Virus record (IMG/VR): IMGVR_UViG_3300027734_000063
Length of the DNA stretch: 64,000 bases
Origin: an uncultured virus (IMG/VR IMGVR_UViG_3300027734_000063)
Taxonomy: Duplodnaviria > Heunggongvirae > Uroviricota > Caudoviricetes
Strand: one strand, 5' to 3'
The position numbers were made by a program, and so were the translations under genes. The notes beneath the pieces were generated by a model. The model had not been told where the DNA came from and did not search any database. It saw only the letters and a list, made by a program, of their open reading frames with translations. Positions 8,658 to 20,000 of this stretch are shown in pieces. Numbering within the stretch: the stretch's first letter is position 1; every line of letters starts with the position of its first letter.

Positions 8658-8774
8658 CAAAGAAAAACCCCCAGTTTTTTAGGCTGGGGGTTTAGGATCG
8701 TGTGTTGATCCGAGGGCTTGCATTGCACAAGTCTCTGCTAGGAGAAGTAATGTGCGTGTCAGAGTGGGCTGACC
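8658..8774 (-). ncRNA. candidate ~115-nt antisense sRNA
   Basis: Between extended -10 promoter (8780-8810) and terminator (8661-8693); stems GTCAG/CTGAC, GCACA/TGTGC, GGATC/GATCC; loop carries TTACTTCTCCTAGCAG. Confidence 0.6.
8661..8693 (-). terminator. intrinsic terminator
   Basis: AAACCCCCAG-CCTAAAAAA-CTGGGGGTTT followed by TTCTTT on minus strand. Confidence 0.8.
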
Positions 8775-8779
8775 TACTA

Positions 8780-8810
8780 AATATAGCACAAAACTACAAA
8801 ATTTTGTCAA
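8780..8810 (-). promoter_or_regulatory. putative extended -10 sigma70 promoter
   Basis: Minus strand TTGACA-19-TATATT with TG extension; spacer is long. Confidence 0.55.
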
Positions 8811-9097
8811 TATGTTGTATTTATGTGGTTATTCTCAAATAACCAGCCAATTGTTTTGCGGTGTGCTTCCTCCCACGCTTCAATACGTTCAGCCTTGGAG
8901 AGCAATTTGCCCTGGTCAATATCAGCATGGCAGGTGAAACATAGGGCAGCGCATCGGTAGTCATGGGCTTTAAGTCCTCTGCCTTTACCATCCCGAAGCT
9001 GATTGGAATGTGCAGCCACAACTGTGCCGTCTTCTCTACCACATATCTGGCATGGGGATTTTCTAAGTAAATCAAGTAATTTCCTATTTCGATACAT
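8807..9097 (-). CDS. Zn-binding HNH-like putative nuclease (DUF968/DUF1364-like)
   Basis: PCQICG, VAAH, GRGLKAHD, LCFTCH. Confidence 0.8.
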   Translation of the reverse strand: MYRNRKLLDLLRKSPCQICGREDGTVVAAHSNQLRDGKGRGLKAHDYRCAALCFTCHADIDQGKLLSKAERIEAWEEAHRKTIGWLFENNHINTTY

Positions 9098-9324
9098 TAA
9101 CAACGACCATCCATGTCGAAGTCTTCATCGTCTTTGTTAAGACGGACACTTTTGGATATATTGTGGTTTAACAAGGCAGAATAAGCCATTTGATAGGCAT
9201 CTCTTTCTTTTTCAACGAGCATTATTCTACCATTTAGGCGGTCTATTTCGTCCTGCTGAATCTTGATTTGCAGACGAAGATACTGTTCTTCCTCTTCTCT
9301 GTCTTGGGTTGTAAAGGTAGTCAT
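9097..9324 (-). CDS. hypothetical coiled-coil protein
   Basis: AAGGAGG RBS, overlap coupling. Confidence 0.7.
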   Translation of the reverse strand: MTTFTTQDREEEEQYLRLQIKIQQDEIDRLNGRIMLVEKERDAYQMAYSALLNHNISKSVRLNKDDEDFDMDGRC

Positions 9325-9791
9325 TCGCCCTCCTTAAATTTTTTTAACTGGCTTTGGGTTAATCCATATCCCCGACCATGACCTAGATCCGTGATATTTT
9401 CTGGCAAAAACAATTCTTCTTTATTTATCCATCCCACCATATCGCCACCTTTATCATCAACAATGACAAGGACATAGATATCACAAGGGTCTTCTACCTT
9501 CTTTAGCGTTGATAGTAACCTGCCAGACTTCACTCTGGTAGTCTTTACATCAACAGATTTATTTTCAATCGTAAGGTCAGCACCACCTTTACGGATGCCA
9601 ACAGTCATATCTGGGAATACATTGAAGTGCTTGGCTACGCACATCTCGCCAATAACCCCATCAATATCAATGTTCCAAGGACTTTGATCGCCCATTTGTT
9701 GATCTTTGACATTGCCCATAGCAGAGCTTCTTCTTAAGACACCTAGAGTTTGACAGACCAACATTTCATGGACTGTCAGGTCTATCCTCAT
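9321..9791 (-). CDS. hypothetical protein, PD-(D/E)XK-like
   Basis: GE...GGADL...SVDVKT pattern. Confidence 0.65.
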   Translation of the reverse strand: MRIDLTVHEMLVCQTLGVLRRSSAMGNVKDQQMGDQSPWNIDIDGVIGEMCVAKHFNVFPDMTVGIRKGGADLTIENKSVDVKTTRVKSGRLLSTLKKVEDPCDIYVLVIVDDKGGDMVGWINKEELFLPENITDLGHGRGYGLTQSQLKKFKEGE

Positions 9792-9946
9792 TTCTCTTGT
9801 GCCTTTCTTGCCTGTTTAATCTCTTCTAACATTTTTTCCATCAGGTCTGCGCAATAACCCATAAAAGGAAACTTGGTTGTTCCATTAGCGACACTACGTG
9901 CCAGCCCAATAGTATTTTCAACTGTTCGTATGCTTACCTTTCTCAT
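9788..9946 (-). CDS. hypothetical protein (52 aa, not in ORF track)
   Basis: AAGGAG RBS; ATGA overlaps at both ends; MRKVSIRTVEN... Confidence 0.65.
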   Translation of the reverse strand: MRKVSIRTVENTIGLARSVANGTTKFPFMGYCADLMEKMLEEIKQARKAQEK

Positions 9947-10116
9947 TTTTTGGTTCTCCTTTTAATAGGAGGCAATCCTGCAGTGTGTTTCTGGTCTCTG
10001 GCTTCCACCATTAGATCGGCTATTTCCCAAATTGCTTTGGGGTTTACTTCTCCTTTCATGGCAAAACCAACTGTCAACATAAAGGCAAAGCAATCTCTTA
10101 GGTCTTGCTCGTTCAT
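9943..10116 (-). CDS. hypothetical protein (57 aa, not in ORF track)
   Basis: MNEQDLRDCFAFML...IADLMVEAR resembles the common phage LRDxFA...ADxMxxAR family. Confidence 0.7.
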   Translation of the reverse strand: MNEQDLRDCFAFMLTVGFAMKGEVNPKAIWEIADLMVEARDQKHTAGLPPIKRRTKK

Positions 10117-10343
10117 TAGTTAAGTTCCTTTTTTAATTTCTCAATCCTGCGTTTGGCTTCCCCGTAAGATTTACGGAAAGCATAAACAGCTTTCTCTTCT
10201 TCATAGCCAGCTTCACAAGCTATTGTTGCTGTGACCACGCTTAACGCAGCCAAGACTCCCTGCACTGGTGTGCCTTCTAAAGTGGCAATAAACTCCATCA
10301 AAGCGTATCCCAACTCAGCACCTGTTAATGGTTCTTTATTCAT
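10116..10343 (-). CDS. hypothetical protein
   Basis: GAGG RBS; TAATG coupling. Confidence 0.7.
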   Translation of the reverse strand: MNKEPLTGAELGYALMEFIATLEGTPVQGVLAALSVVTATIACEAGYEEEKAVYAFRKSYGEAKRRIEKLKKELN

Positions 10344-10700
10344 TTAATCCCTCATTCCGTATTCTTCAACATCGTTACCCATATCCAACCTACACCCATT
10401 AGGATCAATATCGCAATTGGGGTATGACGGACAGGCTACATGGGAATATTCATAGCTTGGTTCTTCGCTATCGTAGCCGTATGAAACTTTCTTTTTAGAC
10501 GGCATCTTAACTTTGGTTTCCGTCAAATAACACTTAAACATCTTGCCAGCTTCAACATCAATCATCTGATCTTCAATTGGCTTGGCATTTTTATGGCATT
10601 TAGAAGCTTTTTTAATAGCTTTCTCTTGATTGGTAGCCAATACTTCATAAGTAACTAAATGCGTTCTAACCTCATAAAAAGAAATTTCATACCTGTTCAT
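10344..10700 (-). CDS. hypothetical protein
   Basis: GAGG RBS; N-terminus resembles MPKx-V family; C-terminal HxxCPxYPxC..C. Confidence 0.7.
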   Translation of the reverse strand: MNRYEISFYEVRTHLVTYEVLATNQEKAIKKASKCHKNAKPIEDQMIDVEAGKMFKCYLTETKVKMPSKKKVSYGYDSEEPSYEYSHVACPSYPNCDIDPNGCRLDMGNDVEEYGMRD

Positions 10701-10978
10701 TTTTTTACAAGTTCCTCTATTAACTCAGATAGAACATCCCCCATATCCCTGCCTTTAATGGCAATCATTTGAGCTTCCTGGCAGTTGTAAATAATTTTTG
10801 CAGCATCCTGGATACCTTTGTTGTAGCCAGTATTAAATACATCTGTGCCATCTACCAACATACCAATGGCATCACGAATTAACTCGGATGCCTTTCTTTC
10901 TTTGGCAAACTGCTTGAGCTTTATATGGTGTTCCTCTGGTAAATACACCGAATAAGGTATTAGTTTTTTTGTGTCCAT
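10697..10978 (-). CDS. ribbon-helix-helix-like DNA-binding protein
   Basis: YSVYLPEEHHIKLKQFAKERKASELIRDAI fits the RHH pattern. Confidence 0.65.
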   Translation of the reverse strand: MDTKKLIPYSVYLPEEHHIKLKQFAKERKASELIRDAIGMLVDGTDVFNTGYNKGIQDAAKIIYNCQEAQMIAIKGRDMGDVLSELIEELVKK

Positions 10979-11382
10979 TCCGTATACTCTCTGTGTAGTC
11001 TGTCCAATAGGATTTGTGCTTCCCGATTTGTTTTAAGATCTGCCCTAGATGGAATATTAAGATAGCTACGCACCCATTCAGTGGCTTCTTCCATGTCCTC
11101 GTCAAAGATGCGATCATCAGAATGTAAGAACTTCCAGAACTTAGGATCTCGGCAAAGTAACCCTGCAATCCGAATAGCCCTGTCTCCTGCAAACTCTTGG
11201 GCTTTATCCATTGGGTTCTCATTGCCATCCATTCTGACAAGGACGGCTTGGTATCTAGCCCCAACAAAATCCCGAAGTAAGTCTTCTGGGATCTCGTCTG
11301 GGTGCAGAGATAAGGTCAGGACATAGCCTGTCTTATCCTGCTTTAGGGCTACTTTGACGGCTTCAAACTGAAGTGTCTTCAT
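10960..11382 (-). CDS. conserved phage hypothetical protein
   Basis: AGLLCRDPKFWKFL...IPSRADL motif. Confidence 0.75.
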   Translation of the reverse strand: MKTLQFEAVKVALKQDKTGYVLTLSLHPDEIPEDLLRDFVGARYQAVLVRMDGNENPMDKAQEFAGDRAIRIAGLLCRDPKFWKFLHSDDRIFDEDMEEATEWVRSYLNIPSRADLKTNREAQILLDRLHREYTEWTQKN

Positions 11383-11695
11383 GTCTGCCTTCCAAATACT
11401 TTACTAGGTATTTAAGATGCTGAATCTCTTCCCAGCGCATAATGCAGATCTTTGCCAATTCTTCATTCTCTGATATGTAAGCACTAAGCCGTTCTTCTTG
11501 TTTCTTGGCAATAGTTTCCCAATCAGTTTGTACTGGCTGGGCTTCCATTTCATCCCACTTTTTTAAGGTATCCATCAATGTTTCAGGATAAACATCTTTA
11601 AATATTTTTGGTTTTTTAGAAGAACCTACTGGTCTGCCACGTTTTTTGATAATTTCTTGGCTAACTTGTTTAAGTTTTGATTTAAAAATAGTCAT
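11363..11695 (-). CDS. hypothetical protein with AT-hook-like motif
   Basis: KKRGRPVGS; AAGGGG RBS. Confidence 0.65.
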   Translation of the reverse strand: MTIFKSKLKQVSQEIIKKRGRPVGSSKKPKIFKDVYPETLMDTLKKWDEMEAQPVQTDWETIAKKQEERLSAYISENEELAKICIMRWEEIQHLKYLVKYLEGRHEDTSV

Positions 11696-11704
11696 GTCAG
11701 CCCC

Positions 11705-11980
11705 TTAGTATGGAAGATCATCATCTTGCGATGGTTTAACATATGGTTCACCAATATTTAAAGTCAAGAACTTGCCGACCTTTGGTGATTCGCCTGACCA
11801 AGCACTGATAGATAGCTTGACCAATGGACCTTTAGATTGATCCATCATGTTAATAAGGAATGTCTTATCAAGGTGAATGTCACCTCTAAGGTTTGGTTGT
11901 TTGTCACCATCTTTTTTAAAGGTGTTTTTGAACAGACTGCCAGTGTTCGGTTTTGGTTCGTATGGTTTGTCGTAACCCAT
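11705..11980 (-). CDS. putative single-stranded DNA-binding protein
   Basis: GSLFKN...QPNLRG; acidic tip DDDLPY; directly after Sak-like gene. Confidence 0.7.
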   Translation of the reverse strand: MGYDKPYEPKPNTGSLFKNTFKKDGDKQPNLRGDIHLDKTFLINMMDQSKGPLVKLSISAWSGESPKVGKFLTLNIGEPYVKPSQDDDLPY

Positions 11981-11982
11981 GA

Positions 11983-12687
11983 TTACTCCTTTTCAAATTT
12001 GTTTTTGGTTTCGGTAAATTTGACCATCATCTCTTTAAAGAAATCAGGGTCTGTTGTTTTGACAACATCAAAAAGGGCTTTATTCTTCTTGAAGATTGTC
12101 ATTACATCGGCATCGCTAGAGCATAGGTCTAGCAACATATGTGAGGAAGTCTTGATTAAAGCAAGCCAGTCTGCAGGATCGCCATCAGGTTTGGCAGGGG
12201 CAACAATTTGAAACTCGCCCTTTTGACCTACGATTGGTTTCTTTTCCACAGTAAAGACTGGGGAGTTTGGCTTTGAAATTGGTGTTCCATTAGGGAATGT
12301 ATCTTTAGGTTTTTTTACTGGCTCATCTTCTTCAGGAAGATCCTCACCTGCGTAAATGTAAAGACCTATGCCAAAGCAAGCAATACACTTAGCTAGGCAA
12401 CGCATCTGTGCATCGGAGATCTTACGAGCATCAGGATTGACGATTGCATTGTTACGATTATCCATAACGGCTAAGTGCATTTGCATTTCTTTGCCAAACG
12501 CAAAAACCTTGCAACGAACCATCATGGTTTGATTGTATTCAACAGGTGGCTCAAACACCCATGTGGCATCAGGATCATTCATTAACAACTGATCCACTGC
12601 CCATGCCCAAGAAAGATAGGTTAGTGATCCCTTCTTCTCTGTATGCTCATTAACATTGATTTTCTTTAATTCAGCATATGTTTTCAT
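11983..12687 (-). CDS. sak: Sak-like (DUF1071, Rad52 family) single-strand annealing protein
   Basis: LTYLSWAWA, VMDNRN, MRCLAKCIACFGIGLYIYAGED. Confidence 0.85.
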   Translation of the reverse strand: MKTYAELKKINVNEHTEKKGSLTYLSWAWAVDQLLMNDPDATWVFEPPVEYNQTMMVRCKVFAFGKEMQMHLAVMDNRNNAIVNPDARKISDAQMRCLAKCIACFGIGLYIYAGEDLPEEDEPVKKPKDTFPNGTPISKPNSPVFTVEKKPIVGQKGEFQIVAPAKPDGDPADWLALIKTSSHMLLDLCSSDADVMTIFKKNKALFDVVKTTDPDFFKEMMVKFTETKNKFEKE

Positions 12688-13559
12688 GCTTGTTCCTTCA
12701 AGTAATTTTGATATTGATTGCACCATTGACTAACAGGGCAATAGCTTGCACAACGAGTTCTTTCGCCTTTGCGTACTTCTATTTCATAGGCACTACCTAG
12801 TGGAAAGATGGCTTGATTAGCCTCTTCTGCCGTTTGGTATAGTGAGTGCGCCCTTTTACCGCCAATCTTCTTAATAGCCCAAACTGGTGGCTTTTCCCAC
12901 ATCTCTTCAGAAGTACATTCAGGCAAGTCTGCATCAGTTTCTAAAGCAAATTCACAAGCTGAATGAACAGAGATACGAGCTTTAATGAACTCTTCCCTTT
13001 CTTCCATAGTCCACAAGGTAATAGGCACTTCCTTGATTGGGGCTTCAGGGTAGCCTTCCTTGGTTTCTACTTCTCTAGCTTTCCAGTCACGCAGGATAGC
13101 CACAATGCCTAGATCGGTAACAGGCATCTGCCGAACCTTTTCCACTAGCCAAGCGTAGATGTTGAGTTGGTATTCCCATTCAATCTTCTCATTCATTACC
13201 GCCCAAACACTGGTGGTTTTGTAGTCTTTGATGGATACACCGCCCTCATGGTTGACCTGTAGGTCTACCGCACCGCTAATATGCCACCCTTCTAACTCGG
13301 CATGGATGCGTTGCTCGACTATGTGGTTCTCATCCTTGCCATGTTCTAGGATGTTATGGACGGCAGAGCCAAACAATGACCAAACCATGTCGGCTACATC
13401 CTGCTCAATATCTTCATCGTACTTCTTGGTCAGGGCAACAATCTTGGGACTGTTAATCAACTGAGTAACAGACAGATTAGCCTTACCTTTGGAGTAAGTT
13501 GGTCTTTCTAAGACATTAACGAATGTCTGTGGAATGTTAAATTTATTAGTTAGCTTCAT
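12684..13559 (-). CDS. PD-(D/E)XK (Cas4/RecB-like) exonuclease
   Basis: GSAVH, E...SGAVDL...DYKT, QLNIY, RCASYCPVSQWC; upstream of annealase. Confidence 0.85.
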   Translation of the reverse strand: MKLTNKFNIPQTFVNVLERPTYSKGKANLSVTQLINSPKIVALTKKYDEDIEQDVADMVWSLFGSAVHNILEHGKDENHIVEQRIHAELEGWHISGAVDLQVNHEGGVSIKDYKTTSVWAVMNEKIEWEYQLNIYAWLVEKVRQMPVTDLGIVAILRDWKAREVETKEGYPEAPIKEVPITLWTMEEREEFIKARISVHSACEFALETDADLPECTSEEMWEKPPVWAIKKIGGKRAHSLYQTAEEANQAIFPLGSAYEIEVRKGERTRCASYCPVSQWCNQYQNYLKEQA

Positions 13560-13589
13560 TTAGTTCTCCCTAGCAGTAAACTGAGTTAA

Positions 13590-13618
13590 AGTATCTCTCA
13601 GAGTTATACCCATGTCAA
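13590..13618 (-). promoter_or_regulatory. sigma70 promoter of recombination operon
   Basis: Minus strand TTGACA-17-GATACT (same hexamers as lambda PL). Confidence 0.75.
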
Positions 13619-13647
13619 TAGGTCGTACCCATATTAATTCATCTACT

Positions 13648-13986
13648 ATGAAAACAGTTATTTTGCCCTGGCCTCCAAAGGAGTTATCCCCTAACGCAGC
13701 CTTGCATTGGGCTAAGAAAGCCAAGTACAAGAAGACCTACCGCCATACCTGCTGGGCATTGGCTTTGGAGGCTAAATTAGCGGCTACAAGCGATCCAAAG
13801 ATAAAGTTGGATATAACCTTCTATCCCCCTGATAAACGCCATAGGGATGCCGATAACATGGTTGCAGCAATCAAGTCTGGATTGGATGGTCTGGCAGATG
13901 CTCTAAGGGTAAACGATAGGTGTTTTTTACCAACATTTATTTTTTCTGACGAAGTAAAAGGAATGGTAAAAATAGATATAAAATGA
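13648..13986 (+). CDS. rusA: RusA-like Holliday junction resolvase
   Basis: LPWPP, FYPPDKRHRDADN...K...DGLADAL..ND. Confidence 0.8.
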   Translation: MKTVILPWPPKELSPNAALHWAKKAKYKKTYRHTCWALALEAKLAATSDPKIKLDITFYPPDKRHRDADNMVAAIKSGLDGLADALRVNDRCFLPTFIFSDEVKGMVKIDIK

Positions 13987-14016
13987 AGACGGAGCTATGC
14001 TCCTTCACGTCCTCAT

Positions 14017-14047
14017 AGGGGTAGCCTAAAAAACTACCCCTTTTTTT
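14017..14047 (+). terminator. intrinsic terminator between convergent genes
   Basis: GGGGTAG-CCTAAAAAA-CTACCCC-TTTTTTT. Confidence 0.8.
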
Positions 14048-17000
14048 ACAATCCAGCTTTGAGACGGAATCTAATAGTGTCTTGCAAAATCTCTTCTTTT
14101 TTACCTTTTAAGAAGTTGATTTCTTTGCGCTTTTCTTGAGCAGACATCTCTTTTTCTGGCAAGTCCTCAATCCTACGGATCTGACCAGTAATTGCATTAA
14201 GAGATGCGCCAGCTGACTGAGTAAATCCATTAGCCTGGATAAGACCTTTGTTAGCCTCAAACCACTTCTTACCTTGTGTTGGGTTCATGTTCTTCATCTC
14301 TGTCTTAAAGGTAGTCATAGCAACGTCAGAACGTGCTTTAAGGTCATAGAAAAGATCTTCCCTGCCACGAGGAACTTCTGGAGCTACAAACGAGCCATAG
14401 AGAGGATTGTTGCGTTCTTCCTTAGTTGGCTTATTGCTAGACAGAAGATCACTCATCCACATAGTTAAGCCAGCGACAGAGCCAAACAAGCCACGAGCTA
14501 AATGGTCAGCCTCAATTGGGCTAAGAATTCGTTTTTTGCTACCTTCTACAAGCTCACCCTTGTCATCTTTTTTGCCTGTAAATGGAACTTGGGTGGCAGC
14601 GCTTAACCATTTTCCTAACTGGGAGACATTGGCATTGTATTGTCTATAAGCTTCTAGGTGCTTCATGCTTTCAGGAACTACCTTACCGCCAGTAAAGAAG
14701 TTATGGTTGATACCAATCTCAACAAATGGCTTGAACACTGTTGGCACTGGACCAGAAGCCAGAGGTCCTAACAGGGCATCAATACCGCCATGTCTAAGAG
14801 CTTTCCAGAAGCGGGTTGCATCAACTTCATTCTTAGTGCCTTGGGTAATGATCCTGTTGTAAGTCATCTCAGGGATAGCTTTAACTAGGTATCCAGCAGT
14901 CGTTGTCAAAGGAATAAGCAATGAATGGTCATAGCCAATCTGTTTCATTAACTTTCTTGGGACAAAGAAGTTACGCATCTTGGTCTGGTCATCTAACCTT
15001 TGGTATTCCTCATCATCACCAATGGCAAACAGATACATCAGCATACCAATCTGCATACAGGCAATTGCCGTAGCTAAACGCTCAATAGCTTCTGTACGAG
15101 CTTGACCTTTTAGACCACCGCTAACGCTTTTTACTTTAGCACCTGTAGTCTTTTCTACCCCATAGGCAACAGGTTCTAGTAAAGCTTGGGACAGAACGTC
15201 AATCTGTTGGGCAAATGCGTTCATAAAGGAGATAGAGTGGGCTAAAGTCTGGGCAACTTTGGACGAACCCTTTTTATCCCAGTTAATCACATTGGCAGAA
15301 GCTAACAGGGCTTTACGCTGATCCCCTTTAGTTTCTTTCATTACACGCAGATAAGTAGCTCTGCGAGGAGCCATGTCGGAGGCATCGCCAATCTTCTCTA
15401 ACAAAGAAATAGTCTGTTGCAGCTTTGATCCATTTAACAAACCAATGGTTTGGTCGTAATACTGCATTGAAGTTCTAGAGCTGGAATAGATATTGCCAAT
15501 GCCATGCGCCTTAAGTATCTTCACTACTGGGTCATTGTTGTTTAAAGACTTAACGAAAGACCCAAATACCGAGCCATAAAAGCTTAATGGGTTTCTAACA
15601 CCAGTAACAAGGATGGTGCTTGGAATATCCATAAACAACTGTCTTAACTGGAATACTCCAGAGTAAGTAATGGTTCTACGCAGGGTCTGTGCGCCAAAGC
15701 CCATCAATCCCATTAAAGGAATGTTCATGCTTTCCATGCCAATCACGGCTTGAGCAATCAATGGATCTACGATGCGGATATTGATCTTGCGACCATTTAC
15801 CAGAATTTTGACGATGCCACGAGCAAAGTCTTCTTTTGGATAGACTTTAAGCTTACCTTTTTCATTGCGCTCACCATATTCAGATGCAATACGATTAGCA
15901 GCGTAGTTCTTAATGACGTTTCTAGAGGTCAAAACGACATGATTAACCATGTTGTCCAGGACATTGTTTAATGCCAACTCAACTTCACCTGGCTTAAATT
16001 TATGCTCCCTGGAGACGTTACGGACACCTTTAGCACCATAGAAGAATGTAGGCTTACTAGGATCTTGGCTAATATCTTCTGGTTGGATTCGCTGCCAAGG
16101 CACATAGTCATCAATCTTGCGATACATATCAGCAGTTTGTTTGCTAATAATCTTGCCAAACTCCATCATGTTGACCATGTTTCGGCTTACATCATTCCAA
16201 ATATCCATCATCTCTCTAAGAACAGGATATTTCTTTTCTAAAGCTATTAGATCGTCAATCTCAGTATCTTTAAGGTTAACTTTCTGACGAGCAATATCAA
16301 TGCCTTCAAAGTTTTCTTGGGCGTTTTGAATTGCAACTGTCAACGCCAACTGACGATCTGGAGGCAAGTCTGGGTCTAAAGCTTCTGTCTTTAATGTTTC
16401 AAGTTCACCTTGGCGCTTGAGGTATTCATTCACAATGCTGCGTGAACGCTTGGCTTCAAAGTAACCATTGATTACCCTAAAAGCGTGTTTAACACCTACT
16501 TCTTTGCCAAATTCATGGGCAAGCTGAATGATCTTACCAGTAGAGTTCTTGTCTTCTGTAGCTTTAAACATCTGATTAACTGGGTCAAATGCCAACTTGC
16601 CTAAAGTAACTACTTGAGTAGCAATGTGGTTAGCCTTTAACTGCTGGTCTGCTGCGATAGAAGCAACAGCACGACCTTCGCCATCTAACAGCTCTCTGTC
16701 ATATCTAACAGCATCTTCAGCTGCCAGACCTGCTGTAAAGTCAGTTGCTTTAACTCGGAATCCTAATGCCAGCTTGTCTATGCCAGTCACTGCACCAGGA
16801 ATCAGGTTTCTTGGGGATTCCAATATTCTGGTTTTGATGTTCTTAGCCGTTTGATAACCGCCCATGAGGTAGTCTTGGACAGTATTGTTGGTATGCACTG
16901 GAGGTTGCTCAACTCCAATCTTATCGAGCAATTTCACATCATCGGCAATATTGAACAACAACTCATTTGACGGACCTGTCATATCAAAGAAGTGCTTCAA

Positions 17001-20000
17001 GGATTCGTAATCCATCCTTGGTGTCTTGCCCTTCATCAAATCATCAAAGGTTTTGTATAGGATGTATTGATTGTCAAAGCCAAATAAAGATTTCATGCCT
17101 TCAAATAGCTTCTTAACCGCCAATACAAAACGATTCCAAGCAGTCCCCATCTTCATAGCCATGAGCTTCTCGGCATTAACCGCCCAGTAATCTGATGGGT
17201 TAGCGTATTGATAGAGGTTTAAATCTTTTACTAGCTCCCTTACTTTTTCGTAATTTGCCTTAGTTGGGTTAGCCATGTAATCATTGATGGCTTGGAAGTA
17301 ATCCTGAGAAGCAGGATCAGTATTGTTCTTAATAGCTTTTTTAGTTTCTTTTGCCCACTGCTGAACAATTAGCTTCCTGACCTGTGGGGTCATCATCTGT
17401 TCAAGAGTGTGGGTTAATTCGTGACGGGCAGTCTCTGGGTCAGTTACCCCTTCTGTTCCCTTATACAAACGAACTAAACGATCTAATGGGTTAAATGAAC
17501 CCGTTGCCCCTTCTTCCTTAGAAGTTGGTTTTCTAATTTGCAGTTTTAAACCAGTCAACAGAGCAGGAGAGTTATTCCACATCCAATGGATAACATTGAA
17601 TACGTCTTGGCTAATCTCGCCATCCCGTAAAGCTCTTTCAGCCCGTTGATGCACTGATAACGCATCTGGTGGGGTTTTATCTTTGATGGCTTCTAAGTTT
17701 TCTTCAAGCTCTTTGGTTCTTTCATCAATGAAAGTCATCTCACGCTGGGCATCAAGGGTTACTTCACCATTGATTATTTGACGTTTTAGCTTTCTTTCCT
17801 GTGCATTTAACTTACGCTGTTCAGCAATAATTTCATTTCTGACCCTGCTGTCAAAGATTTGTTTTGTAGTCTTCTTGCGAGGAACAATGTTTTCCAAAGG
17901 CTCTGGAGCAAAAAGCTTTTTGGCTCTTTCTTTATTGTCCTTGGTAACTAAAGTCTCTTGGCGCTTATTGAGGATGACATCAATAGCTTTTCTAGCTTCT
18001 TCTGCAGTTCCCCTGGCATACATAGTGCTGCCAGACTTGTAGAAGTCACCCAGAATGTCAGTCAGCCTTCTGTCTAGGAAGTATGTACCGCCTTCTTTCT
18101 TAGAGCTTGGGACGTTAAATTGGTATTGGTTTCCATAGCTAGACTTGGTAATCCGCAATATGCCATCTTCTGAAGTGATTGTTCCACCAATCTCATCAAG
18201 GAAACGCATGGCATTGTCAGCCGTTGCAATCTCTACAGGCGCATCTTTCTGTTCTTTGGCAAAGTCGTAGGCACGAGGCATCAAGATACCTTGACGTTCA
18301 TAGCCTTCGTTGTCTTTGAAGTTGGTAATCTGACCCTTGTTTTTAACCGCTGCAAAGCCAGCAAGGATGTTTCCAGTTACCATCCAACGCTTTTCACGTC
18401 TGATCTGTGAACCCATATCAAACTGTTTGATAACAGGAATGTCCTCAAACTGTTGAGTTTCGTAGTTAAAGGTATTGGTGCTTGATACAGTTTCTAACTT
18501 GTATTGCTTACCAATCTGTGAGAATGGCAAAGTAATTGACCTAGCATCACCATTAGCCAAGGCAAAAGTCATCTTCCAGTCAGTACCAGCAGCTGGGTTC
18601 TTGGTTTTGCCTACATTTTTAACATCAATGATTGCACCAGTTAAAGCCACACCTAACTCATTAGTAAGGGTGACAAACTTGCCAACTGTGTAAGTTCTTA
18701 AAATAGAATCAATATGGGTTTCCTGTAGGTTTAACTGACCCCTGACAGTAGATAAACGAACCTCATCTGATTTCTTTTCTACTTCTAGTTCTATTCTTTC
18801 GGCAGTATAAGCTCTCATCTTTGCTGTCAGAGCATCTCTTTGCTCCAAAGACAGCTGACCTGGAGATTTGCCATCCAAATTTTTCTTGGCAGCCTCAATA
18901 ACTTCTTCAGAACTCATTGGCTTAACAGTACGATCAGCCTCAATTAATTCCATAAATGCTGGTTGAGCAAATAATGAGTCACCTTTGTTCTCGGTAATTG
19001 GGGTAGAGCTTAATGTTTTTGCATTGATGTCCAGTGCTTTTGCTTCAAGCTTGTTAGTCCCCATGCTGATCTCACGATCTAGCAACTCTTTATATCGTTC
19101 TGTTAGGTCTTTGTAGAACTCTTCTTGCTCTTTAATAGGCAGGATAGGAATATAGCCAGTCAGCTTACGGACATCTTCTTCGGTAGCTTCGCTAGAGTTT
19201 TCTTTAACTGGGAACGCATTATCGCCACCCAAAGATTCATGCAAGTCTGGGTTATCAGCCAGCAACTCATTGGCTACCTGACCGCCATAGTCATTCATAA
19301 AGTCCACAGCACCTTCCGCAGTCACGGCAGACTTACGGGAAGCTGTAGTATTTGCGTTCAGTGATGCCATCTTTTTAAGCAAAATGGCAGCTGGGCGCAT
19401 CTCAGCAGGGATGTCAGCCATCATCTGTGAGTAAGCAGGAGGAATGATTTGACCAGTTCTGTGAACACGACCTAGCATCTGCATATGGGTATCAATGTTC
19501 TTTTCAGCCTGAACAATAATCATATGGCGTTTGCGTTGATCTTTAAAGTTCTCAGAGGCGTGTAAAGACAAGCCAGTAGAGCCAGCTTGATTCAAAATCA
19601 ATACGTCAAATTCACCACCATTAAACTTAGTAATAGCTTCGTACTTGGTTTTGGTAGTATTTTTAATAGCTTGCAGCGTAGGTATTGAAGCCTCTGTTGC
19701 ACCAGAGTAATTGATACCAATATTTCTACCTGTAATCTCGCCAGTTTTAAACCCAGCTTGACGTAACTTGTAGTGCATATAGTCAATTGGAGATACAGGA
19801 GCATCTTCAAATCCTGCGTTTTGAATGAATTTAACAATAGCGTTATAGGCAACAGTTAATTCAGGCCCAAGTTCCTCATCAGTTAAATCACGCACTTCTT
19901 TGTAAGATGGATTGCCATTCTTAGCTGGATACTTAATGGTGACTTGTCTTTGTTTCTTCAAATACTTTAGGTAAAGGTTTGAAAAATTCAGATTAATTGG

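Noticed and set aside
8750..8842. 30-codon + strand ORF behind the GCTAGGAG at 8737
   Set aside because: No convincing + strand promoter; runs antisense into a promoter and ORF 8807-9097; kept only as an alternative to the sRNA model
12684..13559. Cas4-like nuclease as a sign of CRISPR-Cas
   Set aside because: No array or other cas genes; context is exonuclease-annealase-SSB recombination
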